Below, one piece after another: positions 47,091 to 61,117 of a DNA stretch of 64,000 nucleotides (within the stretch, counting starts at the first letter, position 1; each line of letters begins with the position of its first letter). Source of the stretch: Oculina patagonica (Eukaryota); contig NC_135764.1 of assembly GCF_052425735.1 (NCBI RefSeq), positions 27,404,001 to 27,468,000 on the forward strand, read 5' to 3'. A program made the translations under genes and the position numbers. The notes under the pieces were generated by a model. It had not been told where the DNA came from, made no database searches, and was given only the letters and a program-made list of their open reading frames with translations.

Positions 47091-50000
47091 ATGGCTAATT
47101 TGGTGGCTTTAGGTTTCCTGTTTTTTGTGTGCTTCGCTACAAAAGTGAAAAGCAAAAGTAAGTCACATTCACTGTAACAGTAAAGATGTACTTCTATTGG
47201 GCAATCCGGATTTCGAATTTCCCAATTAAACACGAAATTTGAAAACAGATTTTGTCACACCGAAAGTCATCTTCAAGGAGGATTCAAACTTGGATTTCAT
47301 GGATTTGCTCTTCTGCGTTTGAATATTTTCTATGCTTCTGCAGAACAACAACGCGAAATGACTAAATTCGACCTTGACTTAAGAGAACATGAAACAAGAG
47401 CGCCAACTCTTTATTATTATTTTTCAGTGATTTGGTTTGCCCATCATTCTGGTTTACGCGCTGACTGCTGGCTAACCATAGACCGCTGCTCACGAAAACA
47501 GCTTTTTTAATCCGTTTCTGGGTCTCTCAAAAAATGCAATAATAACAAATCCATGAAATCCAAGCTTGGATTTCTTAATCGAAATCCACCTCGGAATACG
47601 ATTTTGGTGCTTCAAAATCCTTTTTTGGATTCAGTGTCTTATTGCAAAATCAGGATTTATAAATCCAAATCCGATATCCCAATCGAATGCACCATAAGTG
47701 CAATCTTGCAATCCATAAATGCAATCTTCCAGGCAATCTTTTATTCATTCCCTTATTCTTTCATTCTTTATGCTTTCATTCATTCATTTATTTATTTAAT
47801 ATTTATTTCTTCCTTCCTTATATCCATTGTTTCCATTGTTTCGATTTTTCTTTCATTCTATGTTTCATTCAGTCAGTTAGCCATTTCTAGCATTCATTCA
47901 TTCATTCATTCATTCGTTTGTTCGTTTGTTCGTTCGTTCGTTCGTTCTTTTATTCATCATTTATTCATTTAGTCAGTTAGTCAGTTAGTCACTTAGTCAG
48001 TCAGTCAGTCAGCCAGTCAGTCAGTCAGACATGTTAGTCGGTCAAACCATTTGAACAACTCATTGTTTTAGAGGGTGGCTATGGTGGCTACGGTGGTTAT
48101 GGTGGCTATGACAGAGACCCGTGCAATGACTACCAAGAGCTAAGTGAAGGTAATCGAGCCGCAGGGTTCAATTCATTAACGAAGAAGTCAGACAACAAAT
48201 TGAAAAAGGCCTGGTATCGATTCACTGGTGAAGCAGGAGACCAAATGGCCAGCATGTAAGTTGTGTCCGAGGAAGGCCGAGTAATGGCGTTATAATTTTA
48301 TACTTCACATAACTAGAACTGTCTTTTAAAGATCGCTGTTTACCATTTTGCCTGAAAATAGTGCTTAGAGACACACCATTTTTTTCCTCTAGGTAGGGAG
48401 GAGGTATGAAACATTTTCCTTTGCAAACTTTTTTAAGCTTGTGCACCTCTGCAAACATTTGGGTTTTTTTCGAAATGAAAACTTTTTTTCTACATATTGT
48501 GTTTACAAACATTTTATTTTGTCTTTTTAGGCCGTGAAACCAATTGTTTTAATATATTTCATCCATTCTTCAGCCCCCCCCCCCCCCCCCATCCACCACC
48601 AGAAAAAATGGTCCGTCCCTAGAAAAAGGAGTCGCCCCAATCTTCCAAAGCGCTACACAGCCACAGTTTTTCGACTCGTCGGCAATTTGGTAGTAACAAA
48701 ACGATTTCCTGTTGATTCGTACAGACTTACTGAACATGGTCTTTTTCTAGCGAGCTTATCCTAGTGGAATTGTTAACATTAAATTAAATTGAATTTTCAT
48801 GGGATAAAGCTAAATGTAACATTGGCCAACTAAAACAAATATGGATCCANNNNNNNNNNNNNNNNNNNNNNNNNNNNNNNNNNNNNNNNNNNNNNNNNNN
48901 NNNNNNNNNNNNNNNNNNNNNNNNNNNNNNNNNNNNNNNNNNNNNNNNNNNNNNNNNNNNNNNNNNNNNNNNNNNNNNNNNNNNNNNNNNNNNNNNNNNN
49001 NNNNNNNNNNNNNNNNNNNNNNNNNNNNNNNNNNNNNNNNNNNNNNNNNNNNNNNNNNNNNNNNNNNNNNNNNNNNNNNNNNNNNNNNNNNNNNNNNNNN
49101 NNNNNNNNNNNNNNNNNNNNNNNNNNNNNNNNNNNNNNNNNNNNNNNNNNNNNNNNNNNNNNNNNNNNNNNNNNNNNNNNNNNNNNNNNNNNNNNNNNNN
49201 NNNNNNNNNNNNNNNNNNNNNNNNNNNNNNNNNNNNNNNNNNNNNNNNNNNNNNNNNNNNNNNNNNNNNNNNNNNNNNNNNNNNNNNNNNNNNNNNNNNN
49301 NNNNNNNNNNNNNNNNNNNNNNNNNNNNNNNNNNNNNNNNNNNNNNNNNATTAATGATGCATCAAGAACCCTCAAACGACGGACTAAATAATTTTTTTCT
49401 CACCTCGTTTGGTTATCAGATTATTGAATTAAAAACAATAACCTTCTCTTGGTTTCTGGCAGCTCAGTCAAGTAGACAGACATTTTTTAAAAATTGCTTC
49501 TTTTCTTAGGTCTTAACAAGAAAAACGCAGCTAAATCGTGCAAAGAAATGAAGAAAAGAAATAAAAACGCGGAGTCTGGTGTCTACTGGATTAACCCTGA
49601 CGGCAATAACCCGACCCAGGCCTACTGCGATCAGGAAACGGACGGTGGAGGTTGGACACTAGTTTACAGCTACACGTTTACAAACTTCAGGTAAAACATC
49701 TTTTTCCTTAGACTGTTGTCAAAGATCACTGTCTCCAGCTAGACGTCAAGCAACATTATTTGTTCTAAACAGAAGAAATGTAGATTTGACTGTAGGTCGA
49801 GAGATTCCAATTAGGCAAAAATTCAATAAATTGGCTAATAACAGTATGATTAAGAAAATATAATCTATCCGATTCGGTGGCTATCTCATACTCCAGCAGG
49901 ATTTAAAAGACGGTTTTCTTCAGGAGAGGTGAAGACTCCTACATGAAGGAGACGGGGATGTTCTTCGGAAGTTTTAAGAATATCCCTAAAAGGTACCAAA

Positions 50001-50851
50001 ATACCCTTCTTGGGGTGTGACTCAAGTTCATTATTGCCCCACAAACGACTCAGTGTACTTTGATGGTAAAGTGACTGTGACCCGCCGAAAGCCGCATTCG
50101 TAAAAAGCACCAATTATTGACAATTAGTTCCAGTTAATTTTTGCCTTTGTTTGATAAGAGGTTCCATGATATGTAGCAACTGAGAAATGTTGAAATGCAA
50201 CAGCTTCAGTGGTACCAAAACACGGTTTTCAACCACCAAATGAATAAGTGACTAAATGACTAAAAGGTACAAAGAGAATCCCCATCAGTCTCTTCACAAA
50301 AAAGACACCAATTTCTTGGTGTTTGATTTGATTGATACTGCATTTCGTTCAACAGAGGTTTCAGGTCTTCATCCAACGCCAACACCCCACGTCCTAACTG
50401 GCCAACATATGGTGACATCCCAGTATCCACCACATCCCCCGTCAGCGAGACAGACTACAACGCCATGGACTTCAACCAGTGGAAGAATCTCGGCCGCGAT
50501 TTTATGATCAAATCCAACATCAACCACTGGATCGCTTGCAAAGATGGAACCGGAAGTCTGGTGGAATTCAGGGCCGGAAGTCTACAGTGCCGCAATATCA
50601 AGAACGTCGCATCCAAGTGTCACGGCTACGTTCCTGATCAGCTCATATTTCACACCGCTGGCAACCCAGGTGGTTTGTCCGTGGGCCCTGACCTGATTCG
50701 TTCCCAGAGCAACGTGCGACTGAAGGAGTATTATTACTTTGATGGCAACACGCGCACCAACTGGCCTACCCATGATCCTTGTGGTACTAACGCCTTGAAT
50801 CATCTCACCAATGTCGCTAATCCTCACGGGAATATTTACATCCGGGAATGA
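47091..50851 (+). CDS. Secreted protein C (partial; exons 3-4 not visible, gap)
   Basis: Exons 47091-47157, 48072-48255 (begins GGYGGYGGYGGYDRDPC), [gap], 49510-49690, 50356-50851. The 5' part is D-like and the 3' part is B-like. Confidence 0.6.
48850..49349. other. Assembly gap (500 N)
   Basis: Run of n beginning at the site of the nested insertion seen at 59431. Confidence 1.
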
Positions 50852-51886
50852 TCGGTGTAGCCTTTGTATGCCATGGCAACGATATTGTGGGAACTATCGC
50901 ATGTTCTTCGTTTAACGGTGTGGTTAAGGGGTAATTGTTTAGTGACGTAATGAGTATATGAAAGTATATGAACTGTAAGTTAATGACGAAATGAATGAAA
51001 TAATCCCCGCAGTGTGCAAGCAATTGTAAGCAAATGAATTTTTTAGCCTGAAACCATATAAATACCAGTGCGATGTTCTATCAACCTGAGCTATGAAGTC
51101 TTGATACGTTGGGAGCAAAGCTCGGATCATTTCATTCATTTCATATTCATTTAAATTGTGAAGATTAAATTGTTGTTTAAGGCAGCTCTTGTGTAAAATT
51201 ATTGTGCTTTTCTTTCCTGCGATGCCAATCGATATGAAATGTGCCGATTCGTTTTTCAGATTAAAACAGTTTAACTTCAGTGACATAAAATGAAGTATAA
51301 ACCCCTTAATACGGCCACGTCACCGTCTGACCAAAATTTTTTTCTCTTTGCATTTTTTAAAACTGTAAATGACGAATAATTTGTAACTGGAAACGATCAA
51401 AGTTTTATTCGATTTATGTCTGTTTTGTTTTGTTTCGTTTTTTTTTTTGTTTTTTTTTTTTTCTGTTTCGTTTTGTTTTGTTTCCCAAGTAACGGGTTAA
51501 ACTTGTAGAGAAATGAAGGTTGTGGATTTCAAATGGTGCCCTTTTGTCGCTTTAAAGAGATTGGCGACTGAACTTTCGTTTGGTCTCATAACAAATAACC
51601 GTTATAATGAGAAAGTCGTAATTAAGGGGTGTCCAGGCAACATGCTCTGTTCTTGCAGCGAAGACTTAGGGAAGTTTCCTAAGATTTCCAAAGTGTCTCA
51701 AAGATTTTACAAATGATTTCAAAGAAGCTTAAAATTTTTGAAGAGATGTTTACTGCTAGCTGATGCATAAGCTGTTGCTTACAAACTATTCATTCCCTCG
51801 GGAGGCATGCGCAAGCTTAGGCGAGCGGTAAAATCCGTGACTAGCCAAGATACTGAGTCTCTTAATAGATCATATTAGTATTCTTG

Positions 51887-51919
<33 letters not shown>

Positions 51920-54900
51920 AATGCGGGTAATCTTTTCAAATGCAAATGACATGAAGCTCTTTTTAATGATATTCCCCCGCATTAGCCTCCATTGCAAGCT
52001 AGTTCCAGTTCAATACCGAGAATACAAATATGGTCTATTGAAAACCCGAGATTGAGACTTGATTAATTTTTGGAAATTGACTACGAGCTCGATTTTTCTA
52101 TGAACAATAGTCAACTCTGCTGCGCCTCGTTGATTATTCGCTCATAGAAAACTCGTGCGCGTAGTCTAATTGTTAATTACACTACAAATTCGCTTTCTAA
52201 CATGATCTGTATTCTACCAGCCGGAACAATTTCTGAACGTATGTTTTACCAACATTTACTGCTCATAACCTCCCTGTGAGAATCATGCTAACAGAAAGAT
52301 CTGATGTACCAAATTCTGGGTTCATTTCAAGGACTGGGCTAAACTTTCATAACCGGTCAACCAGTAATGAAATGTCTAAAACGTGAATTTAATAAATAGC
52401 TGGTCTGGCGCGCGTTTGATGAGATGTCGCGCCGCCATTCCATGCTCAGTATTCCGCTCAGACCAAGAAGACTGATGGGATATATAAGGCAATTTTCAAA
52501 GTAGCTCCAGTGTACCCTTAACAAATAATATCTGAATAAACGGAAAAAATTTACTTCAGTACGCGAAAAGACATGGGTAATCAATACCGGGTTCATTCTC
52601 GGTGTGAGAAACTGTGAAAATTTATCAGTGACGTAAAACCAGGCGTAAAACAAAGAAGACAACGAAGAATCTCGAAACAATGTAGAGCAGGAAAACAGTA
52701 AGTTTAAATTCAAACAATTACAAATTACGTCAGCTTTTATACCGAGGTAAAGCCGAAAAATAGGGTAAGTTATATAGCTCAGCATATCAATTAAATTTAA
52801 TTTAATTTTTCTTTTACATTTTTACATGGGAGCAAATAGAAACATATATAGGGCTGATAGGGTCTACAGTTTCTTCTTAAGAAAGACAAAAAGTCTTTCA
52901 TTCTGTGTGGGAACACTTGAAAATAGTTAGCAATTAAAATTGTTTTGACTAGCCGATGAGATAACAGTAAACGTAAGTACAATGCTTATAGTTTCCTATT
53001 GGTTTGATCACTAGACTGAAGAACTCCTCGGGCGATTCATCTTTCTAGATCGTCTGGTTCCATTGAAGAATAGCCAAGTGTGACAACTTGAAGATTAGCT
53101 TTTTATTGTACCTTTTGTGGACCTAGGTAGCCCATAGATATGAACGTGACTCATGCCTACAAGAAGTCTTAACGGAGATGCTGTGAGCAGTTTTATTCCT
53201 TTGGAGAACAGCAGGAATTTTAAAGCTTAATCCTTGCTTCGTTCAGTGTGACTTACCAAGCATGACTTTAAAACCAATAAATTATTGACACGGATACTGG
53301 AACATCGTGCTTATGTTACCAAAATGATGCTTAATTTAATAAAATGTAATGGTGTTTTTAGACCTGCGCAGACCTGCGCAGCTCATTGATATGAACGTGA
53401 CTTTGTCTACAAGAAATCTTATCGGTATTAAGTTGAGAGAATAAGAGAAACTATGAGCAAATTTGTTTGCTGCTATTCCTTGAGAGAACAGCAGGAATTT
53501 TAAAGCTTAATCCTTGCTTTGTTCAGTATGACTTACCAAGCATGACTTCAAAACACCTTAATTATTGTCACAGATTCTGGAACATCGTGTTAATGTTAGT
53601 AAAATGATGCTTAACTTAATGGGATTTCATTGCTTTGTTCAGTATGACTTGCCAAGCATGACTTCAAAACACCTTAATTATTGTCACGGATTCTGGAACA
53701 TCGTGCTTATGTTACCAAAATGTCGCTTAATTTAATAAAATGTAATGGTGTTTTTAGTTCAAATGATGACACGAAAAAATAGAAAAGAATGAGTAAGCCC
53801 AGCTATTCGATGTCAGAACAGGTGTGAAGTCGCGTGATGTAGTCCTTGCACAGCCTTCGTCATAAACATTAATTTGCCGATGTTAACAAAAGAACAATTG
53901 CGTCAAAGTACCAAAAGTACAGTGAGGTGGAAAATCTATTCTTTTATATGGATAGATATGTAGTAAAGACTTCCTATTGGTTAAATTTGCAATTTATTTG
54001 GTGAGAGAAACCACGTGGAAAATCTCTTGAAAAGTCAACACTGTGAAGAGCATTTCACTCTTGCCTTGTGAGAGCTAAAGAGCAAACATCCCTTTCGACC
54101 TCGAACAACTCGGCTGGAAATCTAAGGTACGCAGATTTTTTTTAACTAAAAGTTATCCTAAAAGTGCTCAACTCTCTTAGCTAACGCGTGCATATTTGCA
54201 ACTTTAGGAGCGTTGAGAATTCAACAAGTGTATTCACAAAAGATATTTTCTAAATTCTTGCCGATTCTATGATATTCGAAGATTTGGAGGCCTAAAAGTC
54301 AAAAAATCAACATTAGTACGTATACGAAAAACACCACCTAGTACTTTGTGCAGGTTACTGAAATCAGTGCCACAGGTCAAGCTAGTAAGAGAACATAGAT
54401 TATTTGTTTATTTAAGTCTTAACAAGAGAAGACGTAAATGTGCTCTCCTTTCCCGCACATTAGAATCGTAGGATTGAACAAAACCACCGAGGCTCAGCTA
54501 GACAAATGTAAATTTGACCATAAAGTAAATCGTTGTTTAATTCAATTTAACTGTTTAAATGATCAATACCAAATCGGTAGAGGATAAGGATGAAGTATTA
54601 TTTCGTTCTAAAACTTGATCGATTTGACTGTAGGATAAGAAAAATTATTGCATAATCGTGCATTGGGTACACCAATGCCCTTGAAAATGTTATTTTACTT
54701 AAGCTGTGTGATAAAACTTGAAAGTATTTAGCAATTAAAATCTTTTGCAACCAGTTTAGCTTCCTATTGGTTTGACCACTAGACTGAAGAACTCCTCGGG
54801 CGATTCGTCTTTCTAGATCGTCTGGTTCCATTGAAAAATAGCCAAGTGTGAAAACATGAAGATTAGCTTTCTATTGTGCCTTCTGTGGACCTACGCAGCC

Positions 54901-57653
54901 CATAGATATGAGATATGGACGTGACTTATGCCTACAATAATTTTTGTCGGTTTTAGAGGGGGGGGGGGGGGATCAAATATTTTGTGAGCAATTTTGTTTG
55001 CTGTCATTCCTTTGGAGAACAGCCCCAATTTAAAAACTTAATAATCATGTCTTTGTTCAGTATGACTTGCGAAGCATGACGCAAAAACAACTTAATTACT
55101 GTTTTGTGGTTTTATGGAAAGCCATTGATAATGAGTGAAACATCGTGTTTGCCTCACCAAAATGATGTTTAATTTAAAGAACTTAATGGTGTTTCCAGTT
55201 CAAATGATGATGCGGAAATTTTAAATAGTAAGAGTAAAAGTCCAGGTTTTGAATGAAAAAACAGACTTGTAAGTTGCATGATGCAGTCCTTGTAAAGCTT
55301 TCTTCACAAATATTAATTTGGTTTGTGAACAAAACTGAGAACAATAGCGTCTAAGTACCCAGAGCAAAGTGAGGTGGAAAATCTATTCTTTTATATGGAG
55401 AGATAGGTTTGACAAAGAAATGTCTTGCTATTGGTTAAACTCGCTCACTGAAACCATGTGGAAAATCTCTTGAAAAGTCAACACTGTGAAGAGCATTTCA
55501 CTCTTGCTTTGTGATAGCTGAAGAGCAAACATCCCTTTCAACTTCGGACAACTCGGCTGGATAACTAAGGTAGGAAGATTTTCTTGAACCAAAATGTATC
55601 CTAAATCGTACGAAACTCCCTTAGGTTACGCATACGTGCAACGTTAGGAGCGTTAAGAATTCAAAACGTGTATTCACAAAAGTTATTTTCTAAAGCGTCT
55701 CTTAATTCCTGCCGATTGTCTGCTATACGAAGATAAAGAGGCCTAAAATTCTGAACATCAACTTTAGTACGTATACAAAAATCACCACCTACCACTTTGT
55801 GCAGGTTACAAGAATTGCTACATGCCAAGGTAGTGAAGAGAACATCGCTTGTTTGTTTACTAAAGTCTTAACAAGAGAAGAAGTAAGGTGTGCTCTCCGT
55901 TCCCGCGCATTAGAATCGTAGGATTTACAGTAACAAAACCACTGAGTCTCAGCTAGACAATTGTAAATTTGATCATAAACCGTAGGCCCTGTCTCCTGCA
56001 TCTTCAGTGTTACAATCAGCAGGGGACGTTAAAGAACCCACACACTCATCGTAAAGAGTAGGGCATAAAGTTCCCGGTGTTGTGGTCTGTTTCTAGTTTA
56101 TGGGTTGAATGGTGTGATGAGATCATATACATGGACGGATAGCGGCTGCCAAAGGCGCCTAGCGCCTGATATGCTGATGTCCGGTCTCATCCAATAAAAT
56201 TCTAACTGTGAAGCGCATTGAGCTTTGTAAATGCGCTATATAAGCACCTATATCATTCATTCATTCATTCATAAAGTGGATCGTTTTTTAATTTAATTTA
56301 TCTTTTACAGTGATGCTAAATCGGTAAAGGATAAAAATGACGCATTATTTCGTTCCAAAATTGGTCGATCTGACTACAGGGTAAAAAAATTATTGCATTG
56401 CCGTGCGTTGAGTAGACTATAGCGCGCATTGAAAATGTTAATTTACTTTTCCTGTGAGAAAACACTTGAAATTAGCAATGTTTTGAATAGCCGATAAGAT
56501 AACATCAAACCAGACTAAGCCTCCTATTGGCTTGATCACTGGATTGAAGAACTCCTCGGACGATTCGTCTTTCTTAATTGACTGGTTTCTTTAAAGGGTA
56601 GCCAAGTGCGATAACATGAAAATTAGATGCAGTGTAGATGTTTATTGAGCCTTCTGTGGACCTGCGCAGCGCAAAGATACAAACGCGACTTACGTCTACA
56701 AGAAGTTATATCGGTAGAATAAGAGATGCTGTGAGCAATTTTGTTTGCTTTTATTCCTTTGGAGAACAGCAGGAATTTGCTTTGTTCAGTATGACTTGCG
56801 AAGCATGACTTCAAATCAGCTTAATTATTGTTTTGTGGTTTTATGGAAAGCCACGGATACTGAAATATCGTGCTTATGTAACCAAAATGATACTTTTATG
56901 TCAGATTTATGGAATGTAATGGTGTTTCCAGTTCAAATGATGACAAGAAAATTTACCAGCTTTTGAATGTCGAAACATATGTGAAAGTTGCGTGATGCAG
57001 TCCTAGCAAAGCCTTCTTTGCAAATTTTAATTTGGTTGGTTAACAAAAGAACAATTGTGTCTAAGTACCTAGAGCACAGTGAGGTGTAAAGTCTATTATA
57101 CTTATGCTAGGCCATTATTCTTTTCTCTACCATTTTTAAAATATTAATGGCAGAAAAGGCCAATGTTTTTTGGGTATTTTTTTATAACTTTTTTGCATGA
57201 AGCAGATGTAACCTGAATTTCGGACGTCTTTCTTCGGTCGCTCACTCCCGATCGAGGAGAGACGCGACCGGAGAAGGACATCTGAAAATCAGGCTAAGGC
57301 AGATGTAACAGCTAGAACCGTCTAAATGCTGTTCTAAATGAGAAAATCTAGATCGCGGTCAATATCGAGTTAAAGCCAATCAAATTCGTAAATTGGTAGT
57401 TCCCAGTCCTTGTTAAACAAGGCCGCATGAAAAAAAAAATTTAGGAAGGTAATTTTTAAATCCAAAGAGGAAAGGACATTACAGATACACCTCAGTGCCA
57501 TCTTTACCGCAATCAGATATATTATTGGTTTTAATTTCGAATTTTCTTTAGCGAATTGTTTATGTGAAAAATTAGCAATTGTAGAGATTGCTTCCTTTTA
57601 GGCTTTGTGCAAACGTCATTTTAAACGGGTTTTATCATACACAGGTTTGCGTG

Positions 57654-60600
57654 ATGGCTAATTTGGTGGCTTTAGGTTTCCTGTTTTTTGTGTGCTTCGC
57701 TACAGAAGTGAAAAGCAAAAGTAAGTCACATTCACTGTAACAGTAAAGGTGTACTTCTATTGGGCAATCCGGATTTCGAATTTCCCAATTAAACACAAAA
57801 TTTGAAAACAGATTTTGTCACACCGAAAGCCATCTTCAAGGCGGATTCAAACTTGGATTTCATGGATTTGCTCTTCTGCGTTTGAATATTTTCTATGCTT
57901 CTGCAGAACAACAACACGAAATGACTAAATTCGACTTTGACTTAAGAGAACATGAAACAAGAGCGCCAATTCTTTATTATTATTTTTCAGTGATTTGGTT
58001 TGCCCGTCATTCTAGTTTACGCGCTGACTGCTGGCTAATCATAAACCGCTGCTCACGAGAACAGCTTTTTTAATCCGTGTCTGGGTCTCTCAAAAAATGC
58101 AATAATAACAAATCCATGAAATCCAAGCTTGGATTTCTTAATCGAAATCCACCTCGGAGTACGATTTCGGTGCTTCAAAATCCTTTTTTGGATTCAGTGT
58201 CTTATTGCAAAATCAGGATTTATAAATCCAAATCCGATATCCCAATCGAATGCACCATAAATGCTTTAAAATGATTAGTTAATTAAAGGAAATCTCATTC
58301 ATTCATTCATTCATTCATTCATTCATTCGTCCAGGCAATCTTTCATTCATTCCCTTATTCTTTCATTCTTTATGCTTTCATTCATTCATTTATTTATTTA
58401 ATATTTATTTTTTCCTTCCTTATATCCATTGTTTCCATTGTTTAGAATTTTTTTTCATTCTATGTTTCATTCAGTCAGTTATCCATTTCTAGCATTCATT
58501 CATTCATTCATTCATTCATTCATTCATTCATTCATTCATTCGTTCGTTCGTTCGTTCTTTTATTCATCATTTATTCATTTAGTCAGTCAGTCAGCCAGTC
58601 AGTCAGACATGTTAGTCGGTCAAACCATTTGAACAACTCATTGTTTTAGAGGGTGGCTATGGTGGCTACGGTGGTTATGGTGGCTATGACAGAGACCCGT
58701 GCAATGACTACCAAGAGCTGAGTGAAGGTAATCGAGCCGCAGGGTTCAATTCATTAACGAAGAAGTCAGACAACAAATTGAAAAAGGCCTGGTATCGATT
58801 CACTGGTGAAGCAGGAGACCAAATGGCCAGCATGTAAGTTGTGTCCGAGGAAGGCCGAGTAATGGGGTTATAATTTTATAATTCACATAGCTAGAACTTT
58901 CTTTTAAAGATCGCTGTTTAGCCTTTTGCCTGAAAAAGTGCTTAGAGACACACCATTATTTTCCTTTAGGTAGGGGGAGGTATGAAACATTTTCCTTTGC
59001 AATATTTTTTAAGCTTATGCACCTCTGCAAACATTTGAGGATTTTTCGAAATGCAAACCTTTTTTTCTACATATCGTGTTTACAAACATTTTATTTTGTC
59101 TTTTTAGGCTCTGTAAACAATTGTTTTAATATATTTCATACATTCTTATATTCTCCCCCCCCCCCCCCCCCCAACCACCACCAGAAAAAAATGGTCCGTC
59201 CCTAGAAAAAGGAGTCGCCCCAATCTTCCAAAGCGCTACACAGCCGCAGTTTATCGACTCGTCGGCAATTTGGTAGTAACAAAATGATTTCCTGTTGATT
59301 CGTACAGACTTACTGAACATGGTCTTTTTCTAGCGAGCTTATCCTAGTGACATTGTTAACATTAAATTCAATTGAATTTTCATGGGATAATGCTAAATGT
59401 AACATTGGCCAACTAAAACAAATATGGATCCATTCCAGGCGGTGTTGGACACGACTCGCAAAGCATGCCGGAAGAAATTTTCAATTGCACTTATTATTAT
59501 CGTCTGATCGCCGATCTGTAAACATCTCCTCGCGGTGCGAAGATATTCCAATGCTGAAAGAAATATCGGAGGAAATCCATATCAAATCTTTCGCGAGCCT
59601 AGTAGCACCTATAGATGATCATAGATGCGTATTGCTGGATTCATAAAGGCGACATTTTACGGCGGAACAACTCATATTTTGGATTTGAAACATCGCGGTT
59701 CGTCGACTATTGGAAATATTATTCGATTCTAGCACGTTTGTGATCGAAGTAAACGGGCTAAAATTGAACTTATCTTTGGCGCTTTGTTTTTCAGAAATGT
59801 CGAGTTATGTATGAAGTACGTCGATGTACTACTGGCCAACGCAGTTCGCCCTATCGTGGTTTTTGATAGATTTTTTTATCGTTCGTAAAGCGTGCTGCGC
59901 GAAGGATAAGTGGAGTGCATATTTAGTGGAGTGCATATAAGTGGAGTGCATATTTTTTATTGTTAAAGCATGTTGCGCGAAGGATAAGTGGAATACGTGT
60001 ATATTTTTCGTTCTTAAAGCGGGTGCGCGAAGTATAAGTGGAATACATGCAAATTTATCGTTCTTACTAAAGCGTGTTGCGCGAAGGATAAGTGGAATAC
60101 ATGTGTATTTCTCGTTCATAAAGCATGTTGAGCGAAGGATAATTATTCGTCGATTGTGGGACTGCGGGCTGCTTGTGGCTGGGCAATCGCTCTGACATGC
60201 CGAATATTGGCCAAACAAAAGGATGATATAAACACTACAATGACAAAAATGGCAAGTGAACATTAAAATATAAATACACATCAACGGGAGTACCAAATTA
60301 AGCCCTTGTCCTGTAAGAACATCGACAGAAATCACACCATCAACTCCCCCAAAATGCCGCGAAATGGAAGAGAACTGAGTGACATATCAAGGAGAAACCC
60401 CCAACTTCAAGTCCAAATTTGACCGTTAAAACGGCGGGGCCCGCCCGGGCCCACCGTACTTTTCTTAAAGGTTAACTATCGAACTTAAGTTCTATGCAAA
60501 AATAATCTACAGTACTGATCCTTGTTTGTCACGAAATGAGGAAATGTTCATCGACGTCGAACGCTTGCGCCAAACAACCCTTTACCATATTGCATGATTT

Positions 60601-61074
60601 CAATCGACTAGTTTTGAGAGAAAAATCGCTTCCCTTAATTCAGAACTTGACAGATGACTGGCCTAGGTACTATTCTTCCAGCTCCAATAAAATAATCCGT
60701 AACAACCGTTAAAGTTTCGCCGGAATCGCACGAAGAAGATAAGACCTTCTTAAAATCCCGCGACAAAATTGTCCGCCATTGCTTCCACCAAGGTGACAAA
60801 TGATTGGTCGAAAAATGTCACGTGAACCGTGTCCAACACCGCCTGGATCCATTCTCTTTCGTTTCTCTAAGCCTGCTGGGCCTTGGCACGAGGAAACGAA
60901 GGGCTCTGGTGAGACAGGATTTCCAGTCCTAGATTCTTGGACTTCCGGTCTTCATGTATGCAGTCATGACGTTTCAAAAGAATGTATGAGAGAGTCGTTA
61001 CGTTTTCGACTTCCGTTTAGGAATTCTTTGTTCCAAACAGCCAATCAAAAAAATTTGAATTAATTCAAAAATCC

Positions 61075-61117
<43 letters not shown>

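Larger units (their letters stand above)
39744..59432 (+). repeat. ~10.6-kb-period near-identical segmental duplication (about 39744-48849 versus 50356-59432)
   Basis: Stop codons at 40239/50851, MITEs at 41270/51863, ATGs at 47091/57654. The copies are collinear with only scattered SNPs and indels. Confidence 0.92.

Noticed and set aside
35725-49509. ORFs containing long X runs
   Set aside because: Artefacts of the N gaps.
40328-58274. ORFs 'conserved' in pairs (40328/50939, 41745/52357, 44021/54598, 47319/57882)
   Set aside because: Conservation simply reflects the near-identical duplication. They have no coding features and several carry indels.
59878-60142. Repeat array resembling CRISPR
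   Set aside because: Eukaryotic context, degenerate units without unique spacers, and no cas genes; it is a transposon-internal minisatellite.
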